Part shown: in pieces, positions 41,116 to 50,005 of the stretch
Position numbering within the stretch: the stretch's first letter is position 1
Layout: the number at the start of each line of letters is the position of its first letter
Virus record (IMG/VR): IMGVR_UViG_3300033068_001142
Location: 112,262-176,261 of that record
Source of the DNA: a virus
Taxonomy: Duplodnaviria; Heunggongvirae; Uroviricota; Caudoviricetes
Length of the DNA: 64,000 nucleotides
Reading direction: 5' to 3' (one strand)
Notes under the pieces: model-generated
What the model was told of the DNA's origin: nothing
Seen by the model: only the letters and a program-made list of their open reading frames with translations
The model's database searches: none
Made by a program: the position numbers and the translations under genes

Positions 41116-41804
41116 AATCTCTCCTGTTGATAGATTTTAAAGTCTGGGAGTAACACGGCTGTTAGTTTCCCTCTGGTAGTAGTGTTGTAACATGCACCAG
41201 TGTCGATGTTTAGATGGAAGTTTGATTGATATGGAATGTTTGTTAAACCAAAGTAATCAGTTGGAGTATGGCCATGAATGTTAAAGTATGAGCTAGGCAT
41301 AGGGATTTGACGATTCCATAATGCGTAGTCAGCAAGCGGAGAAGTGTAATCTAAAGATTTAGAGAAGTCGTGTAAGCACCTAGTTATTAAAGAATGAGAT
41401 ACAACGATTGGTAAATTGTTCTTAGTATGCTCAGTCATAATGAATAGTGGTAATGATTTAAAGTAAGCTAATGTTTCAGGAAGTTTGTCTTCGATTTGGT
41501 AGAAGACTTTGTCTCCACCATTTGCCCACCAGTCTGTGCTGGTTAATCTTAAACGTTTAAATGTTTTAACTGATGAATCTAAGTAGTCTTCAATAGCTTC
41601 GATTGCCATAGCTTCATGATTTCCTAAACAGACTTTGATATTGTTTTCTTGACAGAATTTGATTACTTCTGCTGATTGAGGTCCTCTGTCAATGATATCT
41701 CCACAAGAGATAATTTCATCGACTGGACCTACTTGAGCTAATAGAGCTTTAAGCTCTTGAAACATTCCGTGAATGTCTCCGATAACTAAAGTTTTCATAG
41801 TCAC
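41112..41804 (-). CDS. Ser/Thr protein phosphatase (lambda NinI-like)
   Basis: GDIHG, GDIIDRG, GNHE, HGHTP, IDTGA. Confidence 0.85.
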   Translation of the reverse strand: MTMKTLVIGDIHGMFQELKALLAQVGPVDEIISCGDIIDRGPQSAEVIKFCQENNIKVCLGNHEAMAIEAIEDYLDSSVKTFKRLRLTSTDWWANGGDKVFYQIEDKLPETLAYFKSLPLFIMTEHTKNNLPIVVSHSLITRCLHDFSKSLDYTSPLADYALWNRQIPMPSSYFNIHGHTPTDYFGLTNIPYQSNFHLNIDTGACYNTTTRGKLTAVLLPDFKIYQQERL

Positions 41805-44065
41805 CAGCGGTCTACCTGTGATATTAAGGTCGATTGTAATCTAGATTCGTCTAAAGGATAAACCCAGTAAGCATTAATACGATAAAGTAATTCAATGATT
41901 TCATCTTTAGACATACCTAAATCCCTAGCGTGTTTAGCGGCTTTAAGCATGTTAAGAGAACCGTTTTCTTTGCACTCGAAGGCGTAACTGAATGTTGTTA
42001 ATTCGTCATCTAATAGAGCTTTCTTCTGGTTAGATGTTAAAGCTTTCTCAGTTAATGATGGTTTCTCAGTAACCTTATCGTGAGCTAACATTAGGTGATC
42101 CCTAACTTCGATTGGGGATTTGTCTGTAACAGATAAGATTTCTCGGTCTGCGTATGAGTAGAAGATTTGAGATTGAGGCAAAACGTCTACAGTAAATGAT
42201 AAAGATTTAGCTATAGATGTATAGAAGTGTTTCCATAACATTCCGTTAACTTCAACTACTGAATCTAATTCGATTAGGATTCTGAATTTGAATGGGTTGT
42301 TCTTATTGCTAGTTTGAACGATGTGGTGATTGATATCTTGAAGGATATAATGAGCTTCAGTATAAGTGATGTTAGATTTGTCAATGTCTAGGACAATGAA
42401 TTTAGCACCAGATATAATGTTGTCTTTACCACGAGTGTTGTCTTTGAATAGGAATGGAGAGTATGCGTTGTCTGAAGCTAGCATGTCAGCTAAGTCTGCA
42501 AAGTGAACAGTAACTGGAATGTATCCTGATACTGCAGATTTGGCAACTAGTTCTTTCTCCTTGGAGATTGCAACTTCGTTTCCTGAAGCTACGGCTTTCT
42601 CGATCTTAGAGTTATCAACTGGAAGATATGATAGAGTAAGTCCATCAACTTTAATGATTTTCTCATAGTATACACCATCGTTGTCGTAGGTGTAGATACC
42701 TTCAGGGTCGTATGATGAAGCTAAGTGAGTAAGTTCTTTCATCTTAGCTAATGGGCCACCTTGTGCAGAGATGTAGCCTGATTTACGAAGTTCGTGAAGA
42801 GTGAAAGACATTCTACCGTCAGTAGCATTAGTTTGCATGTAGTCTGAGAATACTTCGTATTGTTCTTTAAATAAGTCTTGTTCGAAAATTAGCATATCTG
42901 AATCTAATTGTTCGCAGAATCTGATTGCTGAAATGTAATGTTCGATTTCGATAGTGTCTGACTCTTCAAGGATGGCGAAAGCACCTGCTAGTTTTAAGGA
43001 TTTCCACTGAAGGTGTTTTCTAACTAACTTTGATAATGGATACTTATGATTGATTGTATCTGAAACCCTATCATTATAAAGTTTGTATATATTGAATAAG
43101 TCTTGCACTTCGTCTGCGATTTGGATTAGTTCGTTACCTTTCCTCATATGGTAGTTAGCAACTTTAACTACTCCGTCAGAGATTTGTTCTTTGAATAGAT
43201 TAGCTTGAACTGAAAGTTGTCTTTCTTGTTTAGTTGCTTCGATAAGCGAAATATTGTCTACTTTCGGTAGAGGTTTAGGAATGTAGCAGAAGAATGAACG
43301 TCTAGCTAACTTAGATTCGAAGGCGATTAAGAATTTCTTCTTAACTGAATAATCGTAAAGGATGTATTTAGGAGAACCAACGAATAATGCTGATAGTGGC
43401 ATAGCAGAGATTTCCTTAGAACGGAACTCCTTACCCTTAGTGTATACTGATTCTTTGTCACCAGTATCAAATACTTCAGCTATGATTTTAACTATTTCAA
43501 GCATGTTAGCATTAGTAGCAAGTTCGTCACCGAGTTCACCAGCGTAGATTGAACCAGCACCTAATGGTAGATCAGCAATATCGTTAAGATGTTGGATAAG
43601 ACCTTGAGGTGTAGTTGGAGCAATTAGTGTTGGAGGAGGTGGAGTGTAGAATTTCTTGTAGTTTTCAAATTCGTATGGTGGAGTTTCACCGGCTTCTGAA
43701 GCGGCAGCAATGGCTGCTTTCTTAGCTAGGGTTTTACGTTCTTCAGCGATGTTAGCTGTAGCAACTGCAAAGCATCTTCGAACAGCTTTAACTGCTGAGT
43801 CCTTGCCATCACCTGAGCCGGCGATAACGAATGATGTTGCGTTGATTGGTAATTCAAAGCCATCCCAATGCCAGATATTACGTCTGAATTGTGAGGCGAA
43901 TGAGATCATTTCTGAGATAGATATGATAAGTTTCATACGGTCTGGGATTGTGTTTATGGGAATAGCTTTAACTAAGAGATCGACAATTGGAGGCAGTTCG
44001 TTTTTGAATGCACCAAGTTGTTCTAATTCATGTCTGGCTTGTTCCAGTAGAGATTGTTGACTCAT
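41801..44065 (-). CDS. Putative primase-helicase (N-terminal P-loop domain, C-terminal AEP-like primase)
   Basis: IAGSGDGKD P-loop; VLDID and TSNKNNPFKFRILI primase-like motifs; probable start MSQQS at 44065. Confidence 0.6.
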   Translation of the reverse strand: MSQQSLLEQARHELEQLGAFKNELPPIVDLLVKAIPINTIPDRMKLIISISEMISFASQFRRNIWHWDGFELPINATSFVIAGSGDGKDSAVKAVRRCFAVATANIAEERKTLAKKAAIAAASEAGETPPYEFENYKKFYTPPPPTLIAPTTPQGLIQHLNDIADLPLGAGSIYAGELGDELATNANMLEIVKIIAEVFDTGDKESVYTKGKEFRSKEISAMPLSALFVGSPKYILYDYSVKKKFLIAFESKLARRSFFCYIPKPLPKVDNISLIEATKQERQLSVQANLFKEQISDGVVKVANYHMRKGNELIQIADEVQDLFNIYKLYNDRVSDTINHKYPLSKLVRKHLQWKSLKLAGAFAILEESDTIEIEHYISAIRFCEQLDSDMLIFEQDLFKEQYEVFSDYMQTNATDGRMSFTLHELRKSGYISAQGGPLAKMKELTHLASSYDPEGIYTYDNDGVYYEKIIKVDGLTLSYLPVDNSKIEKAVASGNEVAISKEKELVAKSAVSGYIPVTVHFADLADMLASDNAYSPFLFKDNTRGKDNIISGAKFIVLDIDKSNITYTEAHYILQDINHHIVQTSNKNNPFKFRILIELDSVVEVNGMLWKHFYTSIAKSLSFTVDVLPQSQIFYSYADREILSVTDKSPIEVRDHLMLAHDKVTEKPSLTEKALTSNQKKALLDDELTTFSYAFECKENGSLNMLKAAKHARDLGMSKDEIIELLYRINAYWVYPLDESRLQSTLISQVDRW

Positions 44066-44243
44066 CGTCAAGCTCCTTAATGGATTTGTTTCGGGATTTT
44101 CGTTCAAGCTCGATGGCTTTGATAAGTGGTTTGTATTCAGCACTTCGACCTAATGAACATTTGTAGTAGTAAATTAGTGTTTCATCATCGAGAGATGGGA
44201 GAATATTGATTGTTTGTTTGATAAGGTCTTTAGTGTTAGTCAT
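44028..44243 (-). CDS. Hypothetical protein
   Basis: 71 aa; overlaps both neighbours. Confidence 0.45.
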   Translation of the reverse strand: MTNTKDLIKQTINILPSLDDETLIYYYKCSLGRSAEYKPLIKAIELERKSRNKSIKELDDESTISTGTSQT

Positions 44244-44476
44244 GCTAACTCATCTAGTAATTCATTGTTGAATTTGATAGCTTTTTGGACATCGTTAATA
44301 CGAGCAGAGTCTTGAGCTTGGAATGGTTTATGGAGTAGTCTGCTAAGTAGGCCTTTGGCAGATGAGATCTTGTCTTGTAGAGCTTCTCTGTAAGGCATAG
44401 AGGCTAATAGAGTTACGTACTCTTTAGAGTATCCGTAGTAATATGTATAAGGTGGTAGTGAAAGTTTAGTTGACAT
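44240..44476 (-). CDS. Hypothetical protein
   Basis: 78 aa ORF with AAAGG RBS. Confidence 0.5.
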   Translation of the reverse strand: MSTKLSLPPYTYYYGYSKEYVTLLASMPYREALQDKISSAKGLLSRLLHKPFQAQDSARINDVQKAIKFNNELLDELA

Positions 44477-44573
44477 GTTGAGCCTTTAATTTAGAATGTC
44501 CTAATGTAAGATAAATATATTAGTAATAGTAGTTAGTATATAATGTTAATAATATATTTGTAAATAGAGGAAG

Positions 44574-44598
44574 TGGTGGAGAATAGCGGGATCGAACC
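44574..44598 (-). pseudogene. tRNA 3'-end remnant
   Basis: GGTTCGATCCCGCTATTCTCCACCA; no matching 5' T-stem or acceptor strand upstream. Confidence 0.5.
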
Positions 44599-44720
44599 TG
44601 ACAAGATCCGGACTTGGATGCGCAATCAGTCAGTATGTAGTAATGAGCGGAACTTAAGGTTTAGCCTTAATTAGAAAGTAGTACTACTTCTTTCTTTTAA
44701 TTCCGCATATAAAAATAAAA

Positions 44721-44843
44721 TGGTTCCGAAGTCAGGAATTAAACCTGAATGAGTACTTTCACTAATACTCTCACAGTGTGCATAACGTTAACAGCCCATT
44801 TTCAAGGCTCCTGTATATAATGAGAATCTACTCATACTTTCGG
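44721..44843 (-). ncRNA. Degenerate tRNA-like element (about 120 nt)
   Basis: Intact T-arm TCAGG-TTTAATT-CCTGA, acceptor CTTCGGA-ACCA pairing imperfectly with CCGAAAG; oversized interior with AGCC-TTGAAAATG-GGCT arm. Confidence 0.4.
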
Positions 44844-44850
44844 TATATAA

Positions 44851-44873
44851 TGGTACCCTCAAGGAGAGTCGAA
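44851..44873 (-). pseudogene. tRNA 3'-end remnant
   Basis: TTCGACTCTCCTTGAGGGTACCA; the rest of the cloverleaf is absent. Confidence 0.5.
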
Positions 44874-44888
44874 TAACCTGTGGTGGCA

Positions 44889-44964
44889 TGGCTGTGCTAG
44901 TAGGGCTCGAACCTACGACATAATGATTAACAGTCACTCACTCTACCGACTGAGTTATAGCACA
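44889..44964 (-). tRNA. tRNA-Asn (GTT)
   Basis: 76 nt cloverleaf: TGTGCTA/TAGCACA acceptor, ACTC/GAGT D-stem, CT-GTT-AA anticodon loop, GTAGG-TTCGAGC-CCTAC, G-CCA end. Confidence 0.92.
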
Positions 44965-44966
44965 TA

Positions 44967-45101
44967 TTACTCCGAGAAGTTAAGTTTGTGTTTAACTTTT
45001 CGAGAGTATTGTTTTTGACTTTTGATAGTCTGAGTTGAAAGATTAATCTCTTTCTTAAATGCTTTAATTACATCTCCGTTTCGAGATTTAGATTTAGACA
45101 T
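44967..45101 (-). CDS. 44-aa basic protein resembling ArfA/BrfA ribosome-rescue factors (not in ORF track)
   Basis: AGGA RBS; MSKSKSRNGDVIKAFKKEINLSTQTIKSQKQYSRKVKHKLNFSE. Confidence 0.5.
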   Translation of the reverse strand: MSKSKSRNGDVIKAFKKEINLSTQTIKSQKQYSRKVKHKLNFSE

Positions 45102-45152
45102 TATGGTTCCTTATAAAAATTGAATAATATCAAAGGAAACCTTAAAATGAGC

Positions 45153-46064
45153 TTAATGGGTCTCATATTGGTTTTTACCAACTGATGGTTTACCCTTAAC
45201 ATGGTATTTCATGCCAAGAGCTATTGATGCTTTGCTGAAACCAGCTTTGAGTATTTCACAGATTCGTGGTGTGCATTCTGGTCTAGCTTCGATATTAACT
45301 GCATCATGGATGTTTGCAACGTATCCGAAGTCTACTCCGTGAGTAAATTCAGCACGTAAGTCCTTGTCAATCTCGTAGAGGTATTGCTTCATGAAGATGG
45401 CTCCTCCAGCTTGTAGAAGGAGATTGAAGGCAGAGTGAGGTGATCGACAATGGAGTTGGTAGTCTTTGAAGCCCTTGAGTTCTCCGGCTTTAGCCTTGGA
45501 TTGAATATCAGTGATTAGAGCATCAAGTCCTAATGTTTGTTTACGGAATTCAGATGCGATTTGTCCACCGTAGATAGATTGTTTAACTAATGTGTCTGTA
45601 TAAGCGATCATACGGTCTTTCGCTATTGGGAATAATAAAGTTCCATCTGAGGTTTCAACTACTGCTCCTCTTGAACGAGATAATTCGATACGTTTAAGGA
45701 TGGCTTGCTCAGCTTTAGCATATTCGTCGAATGTGTACTGGAGAGTAGGTTCAGTTTTATCTGTCCATAATCCCCAACCGATACGAGTTGCCCCAGAACC
45801 GTATAAATACCCATATATAAAGGTTTTTGCGGCATCACGAGTTGGTAGACCGGCTGCTTTCTGATTCATAGTATGAATGTCAGTGCCCTTGTCTTTGTCT
45901 CCAGAATCTACTGCTTGAGCGTATTGGTAGTTATCATATGGACCTAAGTAGTGTCCCATCATAACTAATTCAAGTTGGTCAGCATCAACATCAATGAAAT
46001 CCATACCAGGAGATGATTGAAGTAATTGTCTGAATTCCTTAGTTTTAGGGACTTGTGTGATGTT
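45153..46064 (-). CDS. Family A DNA polymerase, exon 2
   Basis: NITQVPK, DVDADQLEL (motif A), RDAAKTFIYGYLYG (motif B), IHDA (motif C). Confidence 0.9.
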   Translation of the reverse strand, partial: NITQVPKTKEFRQLLQSSPGMDFIDVDADQLELVMMGHYLGPYDNYQYAQAVDSGDKDKGTDIHTMNQKAAGLPTRDAAKTFIYGYLYGSGATRIGWGLWTDKTEPTLQYTFDEYAKAEQAILKRIELSRSRGAVVETSDGTLLFPIAKDRMIAYTDTLVKQSIYGGQIASEFRKQTLGLDALITDIQSKAKAGELKGFKDYQLHCRSPHSAFNLLLQAGGAIFMKQYLYEIDKDLRAEFTHGVDFGYVANIHDAVNIEARPECTPRICEILKAGFSKASIALGMKYHVKGKPSVGKNQYETH

Positions 46065-46917
46065 CCTTTGTGTTCAGTAAGAGTCGTTAATTCTTACTCG
46101 GTAGAAAACCAGCTGCATATTACTATGCAGAGCAGACTATATCAACATCTTTTTAAAAAAAAAAGATGATTACTGTTTCGAGCCACTTGGCCCTACTCCC
46201 CTATGGGATAGTCGTTAGGCATTCCAATAACATTTTTAGGCCTGTCTAACTTATATTTATCTATAATATAATTTACATGCAAAGCTGCTTCAACTTCAGT
46301 ATCAAATCTTTTAAATTCGTATACTTTAGTATTATGTACAACTTTACCATAAAATTTGTTACGACTTTTATCGTAACCGACATTATGGTATTGCGTTTTA
46401 GAATTTGCATGTTTTAAGCCGATATAACTTTTACAAAGTTCTTTATCTCTGTTTAATTCATCATAAGAGTGTTTAATGTTTTGACTTACGGTTGCCCATT
46501 CTAGATTGTTTAAGGTATTGTCTAGTCTGTTACCATTTTTATGGTTTACAGTAAGTGTATTTGCATTCTCTATTGGATAGAAAGTTAGCATAACTAATCG
46601 ATGTATTAAATGAGATGTTCTTATATTATTTATACAGAATTTTATTGATTCATAACCAGAATTGATAATATATGTTTTTAATACTTTCTTAGTTCTTAGT
46701 GTACGAATTTTTCCTGTATTTGATACTTCATAAAAATTTTCATAATTTGGTATAGTTTTCCAAATTTCTTTGTTATTGTTTAGCACGGGATTGTCCTTTA
46801 ATATTGATATTTGATTAGGATATTATAGCCTAAGCAATCTTAAATAAATATTAAATAGGAGTTTCCCCGTTTAAGTAATTTTCGATATATTCTCACGAAT
46901 ATAAAGCCCTATTATTA
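46065..46917 (-). mobile_element. Group I intron (853 nt) in DNA polymerase, with NUMOD4-HNH ORF
   Basis: Exon ends CCT, intron starts TAA, IGS GGG; R ACGACTAT, S GATATAGTCT; terminal G; splicing restores TGRMTHSLP|NITQVP. Confidence 0.88.
46193..46786 (-). CDS. NUMOD4-HNH homing endonuclease (intron-encoded)
   Basis: EIWKTIPNYENFYEVSNTG, IHRLVMLTF, VNHKNGNRLDNTLNNLEW; GTG start inside the Q element. Confidence 0.85.
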   Translation of the reverse strand: MLNNNKEIWKTIPNYENFYEVSNTGKIRTLRTKKVLKTYIINSGYESIKFCINNIRTSHLIHRLVMLTFYPIENANTLTVNHKNGNRLDNTLNNLEWATVSQNIKHSYDELNRDKELCKSYIGLKHANSKTQYHNVGYDKSRNKFYGKVVHNTKVYEFKRFDTEVEAALHVNYIIDKYKLDRPKNVIGMPNDYPIGE

Positions 46918-48165
46918 AGGTAGCGAGTGAGTCATACGGCCTGTGTTTGCACCTAATGTATCTACACGACCGTGGAATCTGGAGTCTTCGTTAACTACAG
47001 CTAGAAGTGAGTTATCACCCTCGACAAGTTGACCTAGGTCTTTGACTGTCTTAAGGTACTCCTTGAGTTGGTTAGCTTCTGGGTAATCTAAGTTAGATAA
47101 AGTATCTGCATCGACTTTAGCTCCACCAGCAGGAGTGAATTCTGATGGTTTCCAATCGTAGAGTTTCTTAAGCCAGATTTGAATATGTGTTCGAGAACCT
47201 GGATTAAACTTAACTAAGGAGATTGGTTGGTATTCACCTAACTTATATTCGTAATAGATGTAGTGAGGTTTGTCAAACCATTTGAACTTAGTCTTAGCTG
47301 GGAATTTGAACTTGCCGTTTTTCTGACGAGGTAATGGTCTCCAATATGGTTGAGCGTGTTTGAATTTGTCACGATAGTTTAAAGCTGGAGCATAAATTTT
47401 AATTTTGTTACGACTAGATGGTTGTTTAACTGGACCATCTGGTAGAAACATAGGTTTGAATGACTTCTGTAACGCTAGTTCTAATGTTAGTTTCTTGTAT
47501 CTAAGAGTTGTAGCTAAAGCTTTAGCTCCATCTACGTCAAAGTAGAAGCCGTAAAGTTCTTGGTCCATAATGATTTGTTTGACTCGTTGTTCGAGTTCGA
47601 TAACAGATGAATTTGGGAAGAATGGTTGTTCTAGTAGATACATGAATAGACGATATGTAAGTTCAACGTCTTGGTCACAGTAATCTAACATCTCGGTAGT
47701 GAGTTTAGTAAAGTCTTCGAATTGGATTTTGTAATCTCCGAAACGGATACCAAAAGCTTTAAGACCGAATGAGCCATAAAGTTTAGGGGGCATCTCAGGG
47801 ATACCGTAATCGATGGAAGTTAGAGTGTCCTTCGAGAACATAAGTTTAGAAACTAAAATAGTATCGATTGGTATGGCTGTGAGTTTACCTAAGTTATTCT
47901 CGATAACAGGTATGTCGAAGCCAAGGATATTATGACCAACGATGTAGTCACAAGAATTGAGTAGTTTGACTGCAGCTTGAAGGTTTCCAGATGCAGTTGG
48001 GTGATAGAGGTGTGTGAATCTTTGTACGGGTTGATCGTTGATTTTGATATTGATACAAAAGATTTTCTTAATTCCGAGAATACCTATCTTAGGGATTGGT
48101 TCTGACTCGATGTCAAAAGTTGCTACCTTACTTTGTAGTATTATCGGAGGTGTTACTTGGTTCAT
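46918..48165 (-). CDS. Family A DNA polymerase, exon 1 (3'-5' exonuclease and start of polymerase)
   Basis: TFDIES, GHNILGFD, YCDQDV, FNPGSR, GANTGRMTHS. Confidence 0.9.
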
Positions 48166-48544
48166 TGTATTCTCCTATAATTACTTCTATTCTGGGATTT
48201 GTTTTGTCTTGTGAACCTACTGAGTATGACTCGTGTTTGAGATATTGAACGTTGTCATCTTTGATGACTCCAGCTTTCTTAAGAGCATCATTCAAGAATT
48301 TAGAACCTAAGGCAGTAACATTAGGTAAGTCACTGATAATTGATTTGAAGTAATAAGTGTATGCTATCTGGTATTGGTTGAATGTAATGTTAGCTGGAAT
48401 TTGTTTGATAATAATATCTTCAATTTCCTGTTTAACCTTGTTACTAGTGAAAAAATGAGCATTTCTGTACCAATTCATACCAAGAAATATAGTTTTCTTT
48501 CCTGTAGTATGATATACAGGTAGTGTTAATCTAACTTGTTGCAT
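48128..48544 (-). CDS. RusA-like Holliday junction resolvase
   Basis: DLPNV...KFLNDALKKAGVIKDDN...NPRIEVII. Confidence 0.7.
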   Translation of the reverse strand: MQQVRLTLPVYHTTGKKTIFLGMNWYRNAHFFTSNKVKQEIEDIIIKQIPANITFNQYQIAYTYYFKSIISDLPNVTALGSKFLNDALKKAGVIKDDNVQYLKHESYSVGSQDKTNPRIEVIIGEYNEPSNTSDNTTK

Positions 48545-48560
48545 TGAAGAGGTTCTTCCT

Positions 48561-49151
48561 TTAAATATTTTTAGTAGTAGATGGTTCTTTGAAAAATTCA
48601 GGAATATGCTGATTGATAAGTAACCTAATAAATAGAGCTATTCTATGAATATCATTAATGGGAAGTAACAAATGTTGATTAGTTTCTAACTTCTTTAGAA
48701 TCTCATAAGATAGTATGTCCCTAGTTTTTAATATATAGATAACATGAGAGTCTACTCTTGAACTATTTCTTAGATATGACATGTTTTTTAATTGATCATT
48801 AGTAATAAGTTTGAATCCGTTTTTCTTGATACCGTCATAATTGATGAATCTAGAACAGAATTTTTGTTCGGTTGTTATGCTAATTGGGTTCATTCCAGTA
48901 AATTTATCTGATAAGCCAATAGATCTAGCATAAGAAGAACCTTTAACTACTGATAAGGGTAATTCATGGGTTACTTGTTGTGGGTTATTGCTTCTTTTCA
49001 TAAGCTCAGAGTATAATGGGGCTACATATGAATGAATATTTTCAGTAGAAGCTCTTGGTTTAGTTATAACTAGGTGAATAGTGGGGTTAGATGAAAGTTC
49101 TGGAAGAATATATTTATCTATTTTTGTAGGTGGAATTGTTAAAGTAATCAT
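48561..49151 (-). CDS. Hypothetical protein downstream of the retron ncRNAs
   Basis: 196 aa; AAGGA RBS; overlaps the upstream ORF. Confidence 0.5.
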   Translation of the reverse strand: MITLTIPPTKIDKYILPELSSNPTIHLVITKPRASTENIHSYVAPLYSELMKRSNNPQQVTHELPLSVVKGSSYARSIGLSDKFTGMNPISITTEQKFCSRFINYDGIKKNGFKLITNDQLKNMSYLRNSSRVDSHVIYILKTRDILSYEILKKLETNQHLLLPINDIHRIALFIRLLINQHIPEFFKEPSTTKNI

Positions 49152-49438
49152 GTTGAGATCCCTTCTCCTATAAGTGGTACATTATATAATTGTTCCAATT
49201 TAATTACAGTTTTAAGTAAATGATAATTTTGAGGGAGAAATTCAACGTATGTTTTCCTTCTAACTAGTTTTTTTGATTTATACTTTTCAAAGGTAAATAA
49301 TGTAAAGCTGACTCCACAGATATATAGGTTAGATGTATATACACCTAATAGTGTGCCAGAGTTCTTATACTTTTCGTAAAGTTTCATAAGGATGTCTCTA
49401 CGAATAAATTTGTAATGTTTTGATCTAAGTTCGATCAT
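49148..49438 (-). CDS. Hypothetical basic protein immediately downstream of the retron ncRNAs
   Basis: 96 aa; AAAGGA RBS. Confidence 0.5.
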   Translation of the reverse strand: MIELRSKHYKFIRRDILMKLYEKYKNSGTLLGVYTSNLYICGVSFTLFTFEKYKSKKLVRRKTYVEFLPQNYHLLKTVIKLEQLYNVPLIGEGIST

Positions 49439-49466
49439 TGTTTGTCCTTTAAATTAAATTTTAGGA

Positions 49467-49677
49467 TTATAGCAGACATACCTACTCGCCAGCAGGTTAC
49501 TGCTGGAGCGCTGAAGGTGTGGGGGGATTCTACTTTGGGTCCCTGGCCTACGGCCTGGGTCCCTTTGTAGAATCCTGTAACACCTTCATATAGTTAGCCC
49601 TTGTACATAGCCGATTCAAACTACTAAACTAACCACAAAGTGTTATACTTGTTAAAGTCTAGGTATGTCAGCTATAA
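49467..49677 (-). ncRNA. Retron msr-msd-like ncRNA, cassette A
   Basis: 18-bp terminal inverted repeats (49467-49484 / 49660-49677, 1 mismatch); unpaired G at 49659; long hairpin 49512-49588 plus 7-bp hairpin 49489-49506; TATAAT at 49685-49690. Confidence 0.8.
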
Positions 49678-49745
49678 CCCTTGGATTATAGTGTGAAATT
49701 AATACTAAATGTTTTTTTGTTCATACATTTATTGTCAAATGTTGT

Positions 49746-49792
49746 GAATTAACCTTGTTAAACTGCCGAAAACTAAGCAGATAAGTTAATTC
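49746..49792 (-). ncRNA. Small structured RNA between the two retron cassettes
   Basis: 8-bp IR GAATTAAC/GTTAATTC, inner CTGC/GCAG stem; TATAAT at 49801-49806. Confidence 0.4.
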
Positions 49793-49815
49793 GAAAGTCT
49801 ATTATAAGTCACAGG

Positions 49816-49984
49816 TATACTGTATGTACTGGCCTGAGGCGGGATACAGGATGCATGTACTGCAGCTCAGGTATGAGACGCTTTAGCTGCTCGAAGAGCA
49901 GCGAAGCGTCTTATGTTACACAGTATGATAGATAACCGATACGAGCTACTCCATGTAACGGGGCTTCGTTCTACATACAGTATA
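49816..49984 (-). ncRNA. Retron msr-msd-like ncRNA, cassette B
   Basis: Perfect 13-bp terminal IR (49816-49828 / 49972-49984); unpaired G at 49971; hairpins 49873-49914 (GCTGCTC-GAA-GAGCAGC core) and CCTGAG/CTCAGG; TATAAG at 49992-49997. Confidence 0.75.
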
Positions 49985-50005
49985 ACTGTAACTTATACGA
50001 GAAGA

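Noticed and set aside
44574-44873. tRNA 3' ends as attP sites of a temperate phage
   Set aside because: No integrase or repressor in the window and the gene set is N4-like lytic; decay of a tRNA array is simpler.
44889-45101. ArfA-like ORF running into the tRNA to give a non-stop mRNA after RNase P cleavage
   Set aside because: On re-reading, the ORF ends with TAA at 44967-44969, before the tRNA 5' end.
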